A DNA stretch of 61,359 bases, filler included, from Circinaria calcarea (Eukaryota): assembly GCA_051942165.1 (NCBI GenBank). It is 15 parts of 15 records of this genome, joined end to end, with 100 filler letters (N's around TTAATTAATTAA, not from the genome) between each part and the next. Parts side by side here need not be neighbours in the genome. Positions count along the whole stretch, not along the records: positions 57,380 to 61,359 come from JAVECS010002519.1; 14 more parts are not named here. The stretch is one strand, 5' to 3'. A program made the position numbers and the translations under genes. Below, piece by piece: positions 57,992 through 61,359 of this stretch (position 1 is the first letter of the stretch; each line of letters opens with the position of its first letter). The notes under the pieces are model-generated. The model worked only from the letters and a program-made list of their open reading frames with translations, did not search any database and had not been told where the DNA came from.

Positions 57992-60243
57992 CTATAGTTC
58001 ATCATGGGCATTCGATGGTTCATCGTCTCCTCCAGTCGGTGGCATATCTCCACCGCTGTACAACTTGCTCGTAATTGGGTATGCCACATTGCTCAGCTTC
58101 TCCTTTTGCTCTTCAAAGTCTTCCGTGGTGGCCGTCGCGGCGTTTTCTTCTAACCAATCGGTGGCTTCCTTGACTGCTTCCAATAGCTGTCACAACAATG
58201 TTAGCAATGCTCTAAGCGGTAAGGCGATAGAACTGGTACTCACAGTCTCCTTGTCGTCCTCCTCAATCTTGCCGCCTAGTCCCTCCTCATCGTTGACTTG
58301 ATTCTTCAAATTAAATGCGTAATTTTCCAATCCGTTTCTCGCCGTGATCCTCTCGGCCGTTGCCTTGTCTTCCTCCGCAAACTTCTCCGCGTCGGCGACC
58401 ATGCGATCAATCTCTTCTTGTGAGAGACGCCCTTTATCATTGGTAATGGTGATAGATTCGGCCTTTCCAGTACCCTTATCTCCAGCGGTTACCTTTAGGA
58501 TTCCATTGGCGTCAAGTTCGAAGGAAACCTCGATCTGAGGTACGCCACGCGGAGCCGGAGGGATTCCAGTAAGTTCAAATTTACCGAGAAGGTTGTTATC
58601 CTTGGTCATGGAACGTTCACCCTCGACTGAGAGTCCGTAGTTAGTATCTGATCCTATCAGAGTAACCGATGATAAACTTACAAACTTGGATCAAGACCAC
58701 GGGTTGGTTATCAGCGGCGGTCGAAAAGATTTGACTCTTTCGGGTTGGGATGACAGTGTTTCTTGGGATCAACTTGGTCATGACACCACCAGTGGTTTCA
58801 ATTCCGAGCGTCAATGGGTTTACGTCCATGAGGACAACACCGCCAGAACCATCGGCCCCAGACAAGACACCTCCCTGAACAGCGGCACCGAAAGCAACAG
58901 CTTCGTCCGGGTTAATACCCTTGCTAGCTTTCTTACCGCCAAAGAATTCTTCGAGAAGAGCCTGAACCTTGGGGATACGGGTGGATCCACCGACGAGGAC
59001 GATATCGTTGATTTCACTCTTCTTGACTTTAGCGTCCTTGAGAACCTGTTCAACAGGCTTCAGCGTCTTCTTGAATAAATCCATGTTGAGCTCTTCAAAT
59101 TTAGCTCGAGTAAGAGTTTCGGAAAAGTCCTTGCCCTCATGAAAAGCTTCGATTTCAATGCGTGTAGACATTTGCGAGGAAAGTGTACGCTTGGCCTTCT
59201 CAACCTCACGCTTCAGTTTACCCATAGTCTTGAGATCTTTCATGATGTCGACGTTGTGCTTCTTGTTGTACTGCTTGGCCAAGAAGGTAATGACACGTTG
59301 GTCAAAGTCCTCTCCTCCCAAGTGAGTGTCACCGGCTGTTGCCAAGACTTCGAATACACCATCCTCAATCTGGAGAAGTGAGACATCGAAAGTACCTCCA
59401 CCGAGATCATAAACGATGATCTGGCTCTCAGGTCCTTTCTTATCCAATCCGTAGGCGATGGCGGCCGCGGTGGGCTCGTTGACAACACGAAGGACGTTCA
59501 GGCCAGCAATGATGCCGGCGTCTTTGGTGGCTTGTCTCTGGTTGTCGTTGAAGTATGCCGGGACCGTCACAACGGCGTTCTCAACCTTCTTTCCTAGATA
59601 GCTTTCGGCGATTTCCTTCATCTTTCCGAGGACCATGGCCGAGACTTCTTCGGGGGTAAAGGACCTGTCCTTTCCGGCAACCTCCACAGTGACGGCCGGT
59701 TTGCCGTTATCATTGGTAACCTTGAATGGGAAGTGCTTGATGTCGTTTTGGACGTCCTTGTCGTTAAACTTTCGGCCAATCAAACGCCTTGTCCCAATAG
59801 TGAGTATAGGGGTTCGAATGATTGACCGTGATGGTGTACTTACTTGATGTCAAATATGGTTCTCTTTGGGTTTGCGGCAAACTGATTCTTTGCCGCGTCT
59901 CCCACCAATCGTTCTTCGTCGGTGAATGCTACGTATGAGGGCGTTATTCGGTTTCCCTGGTCGTTGACTAGAATCTCGACTTTTCCATTCTGCATCACAC
60001 CGACACAGGAGTAGGTAGTTCCCAGATCAATTCCGATGACTAGCAGTCGATTCCATTAGTTGCCGAATATCTGTAAGTAGCATGGAGAGGAGACCTACCA
60101 TCACCATATTTCTCTTGTATTGGGACCTGGTCTTCTGCGCTGGCTGTGTTAAGGAATGCGAGAGGGGCGATGAGAACAACTAAGAGGTAGAGGACGGTGG
60201 ACCATGCCAAAGGGGACGAGCTTCTCCGTAAGTGACCAGCCAT
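57992..60243 (-). CDS. KAR2: ER Hsp70 chaperone BiP
   Basis: Signal peptide; [33 protein letters not shown] and [11 protein letters not shown]-terminal HDEL; about 4 introns. Confidence 0.98.
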
Positions 60244-60663
60244 CTTGATAGATGCTGTCGGTAGGTGAAATGGGCGTTAGGAAGGGGATGTACTCTCGAT
60301 CCCTTGACCGGAATGAATGTAAAAGCAAAACTCTGTGAACAGCAGGCTGTGTACCTCCAAGGAGTACTGATTGCTCTCACAAGTCTGGGGGGGTGGTGAG
60401 AGAGGTGTGTTACTGATTCCGTGGTTATCAGGACGAAGAGCTGCTTTTTGTGCACCCAAAATTTGGCGAAATGTTTAGTTGTCCTTTCATAAAGTGTAAA
60501 GGCCAAATGGCAACTTCCAGCAAATGGGCCAATCAAAACTAGCGGATCTTTAGCCGGACTGCCGCCCAAAGTGCCACGACTGCTCTATATGTATCATCTG
60601 CTTTCTGGTAGATCCCCATTTAGCATCATGCCACACATGCTTGACGCATCTGATAGCAATGGG

Positions 60664-60676
60664 GAATGTTCTAGAG
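60664..60676. promoter_or_regulatory. Heat-shock-element-like motif upstream of KAR2
   Basis: GAAtgTTCtaGAG, i.e. nGAAnnTTCnnGAA with one mismatch. Confidence 0.35.
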
Positions 60677-60882
60677 CAAAAGGTGATTAGTTCTATGAAA
60701 CCCCCTCCATAAGAGGGCCTTGTCGCTGCTTCCACGTTTCCGCGAGTGGCATTGTGTCTCGCTTTGCCGCATGCAGGCTGAAGATTCATATGTTGGACAG
60801 CTCAACCGCCATCACAGGCATGGTCTGTAATCTCTCAGCATCCCTGGGCCCTTGGATTTCCAAGGTCTCCTCGGCTGCGCCT

Positions 60883-60890
60883 TACGTGTC
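60883..60890. promoter_or_regulatory. UPRE-2/Hac1-like site upstream of KAR2
   Basis: TACGTGTC (GACACGTA on the minus strand), about 640 bp upstream of the ATG; BiP genes are established Hac1/HacA targets. Confidence 0.4.
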
Positions 60891-61329
60891 AGCCTTCTTG
60901 CGAGCCTTTGGGACCGCCTTGCGAACCTCTCGGTCTTGACCTCCTTAACTATCGGGTCACTAGAGCTGCGCCTCGCAACCTTCATAACGCTATGATAGTG
61001 TACCAACAGCAACAAACCTCTCATACCCTTCATACGTATTCTAACACGGCTCATCTCCTTGATGGATAGTTCGTCGAGTATATACATTCTGCTGCCTTTC
61101 TTCCTCCACATCACTCCTTCTGTTGTATCCTTAGCTCTGCAATATCTTGGAGCGGATCTCCGTCGTCTGCTTCGTCTCTAGGCGGGTTCCTACCAATATA
61201 TGTTAAGATCTATTTAATCGTCATTCCTATTCTTCAAAGGACTCAAAGCTCTACAGCCGTATTGAGAAACTTTGATCCTCTCCTCCCCGCGAAGCTTCTC
61301 TCCCCCGAATCCACACACCACTTACCACA

Positions 61330-61359
61330 ATGGGCCTCATGTGCTTCGGCAAAAAACCC
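61330..61359 (+). CDS. Gene start MGLMCFGKKP (truncated), possibly a lipidated protein such as a group II G-alpha
   Basis: CACAATGG start context after a pyrimidine-rich leader; MCFG resembles the Gna-2/MagC N-terminus; only 10 codons visible. Confidence 0.3.
   Translation, partial: MGLMCFGKKP

Noticed and set aside
1..61359. tRNA, rRNA and CRISPR arrays
   Set aside because: None recognised by eye; a tRNAscan-SE/Rfam scan is needed to exclude small ncRNAs.

Overview
Eukaryotic DNA from a filamentous ascomycete (Pezizomycotina-type genes with short GT-AG introns and CTRAC branch sites). It is not one locus. It is 15 contigs of about 4 kb, sorted by decreasing length (4010 down to 3980 bp) and joined by 14 identical artificial 100-nt spacers (44 N + TTAATTAATTAA + 44 N), so adjacency across spacers means nothing. 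Most contigs carry recognisable, often truncated housekeeping genes: a DPP III paralog, MFS transporter, DUF1774, VTS1, NSE4/VPS34, CDC6, PIN2-like, REV1, TRP5, DBF4, OSH1/2, BFR1/RPB5, FUN26-like ENT, DUF3632, an LSB5-like VHS-GAT protein, PAN3 and KAR2. Accessory content: (i) a secreted precursor with dibasic Kex2-type sites, two Cys-looped cationic repeat peptides and a Trp-rich tail (33383-34075), the best novelty candidate; (ii) an intact DD34E Tc1/IS630 transposase followed by an unknown Cys/His-motif ORF that is cut off by a RIP-mutated Mutator relic and a possible LTR end; (iii) two different MITE/foldback elements upstream of CDC6; (iv) a spliced secreted PAN/apple-like protein missed by the ORF track; (v) a DPR-type dehydrin-like gene. 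All assignments come from motif recognition by eye; no database searches were run.
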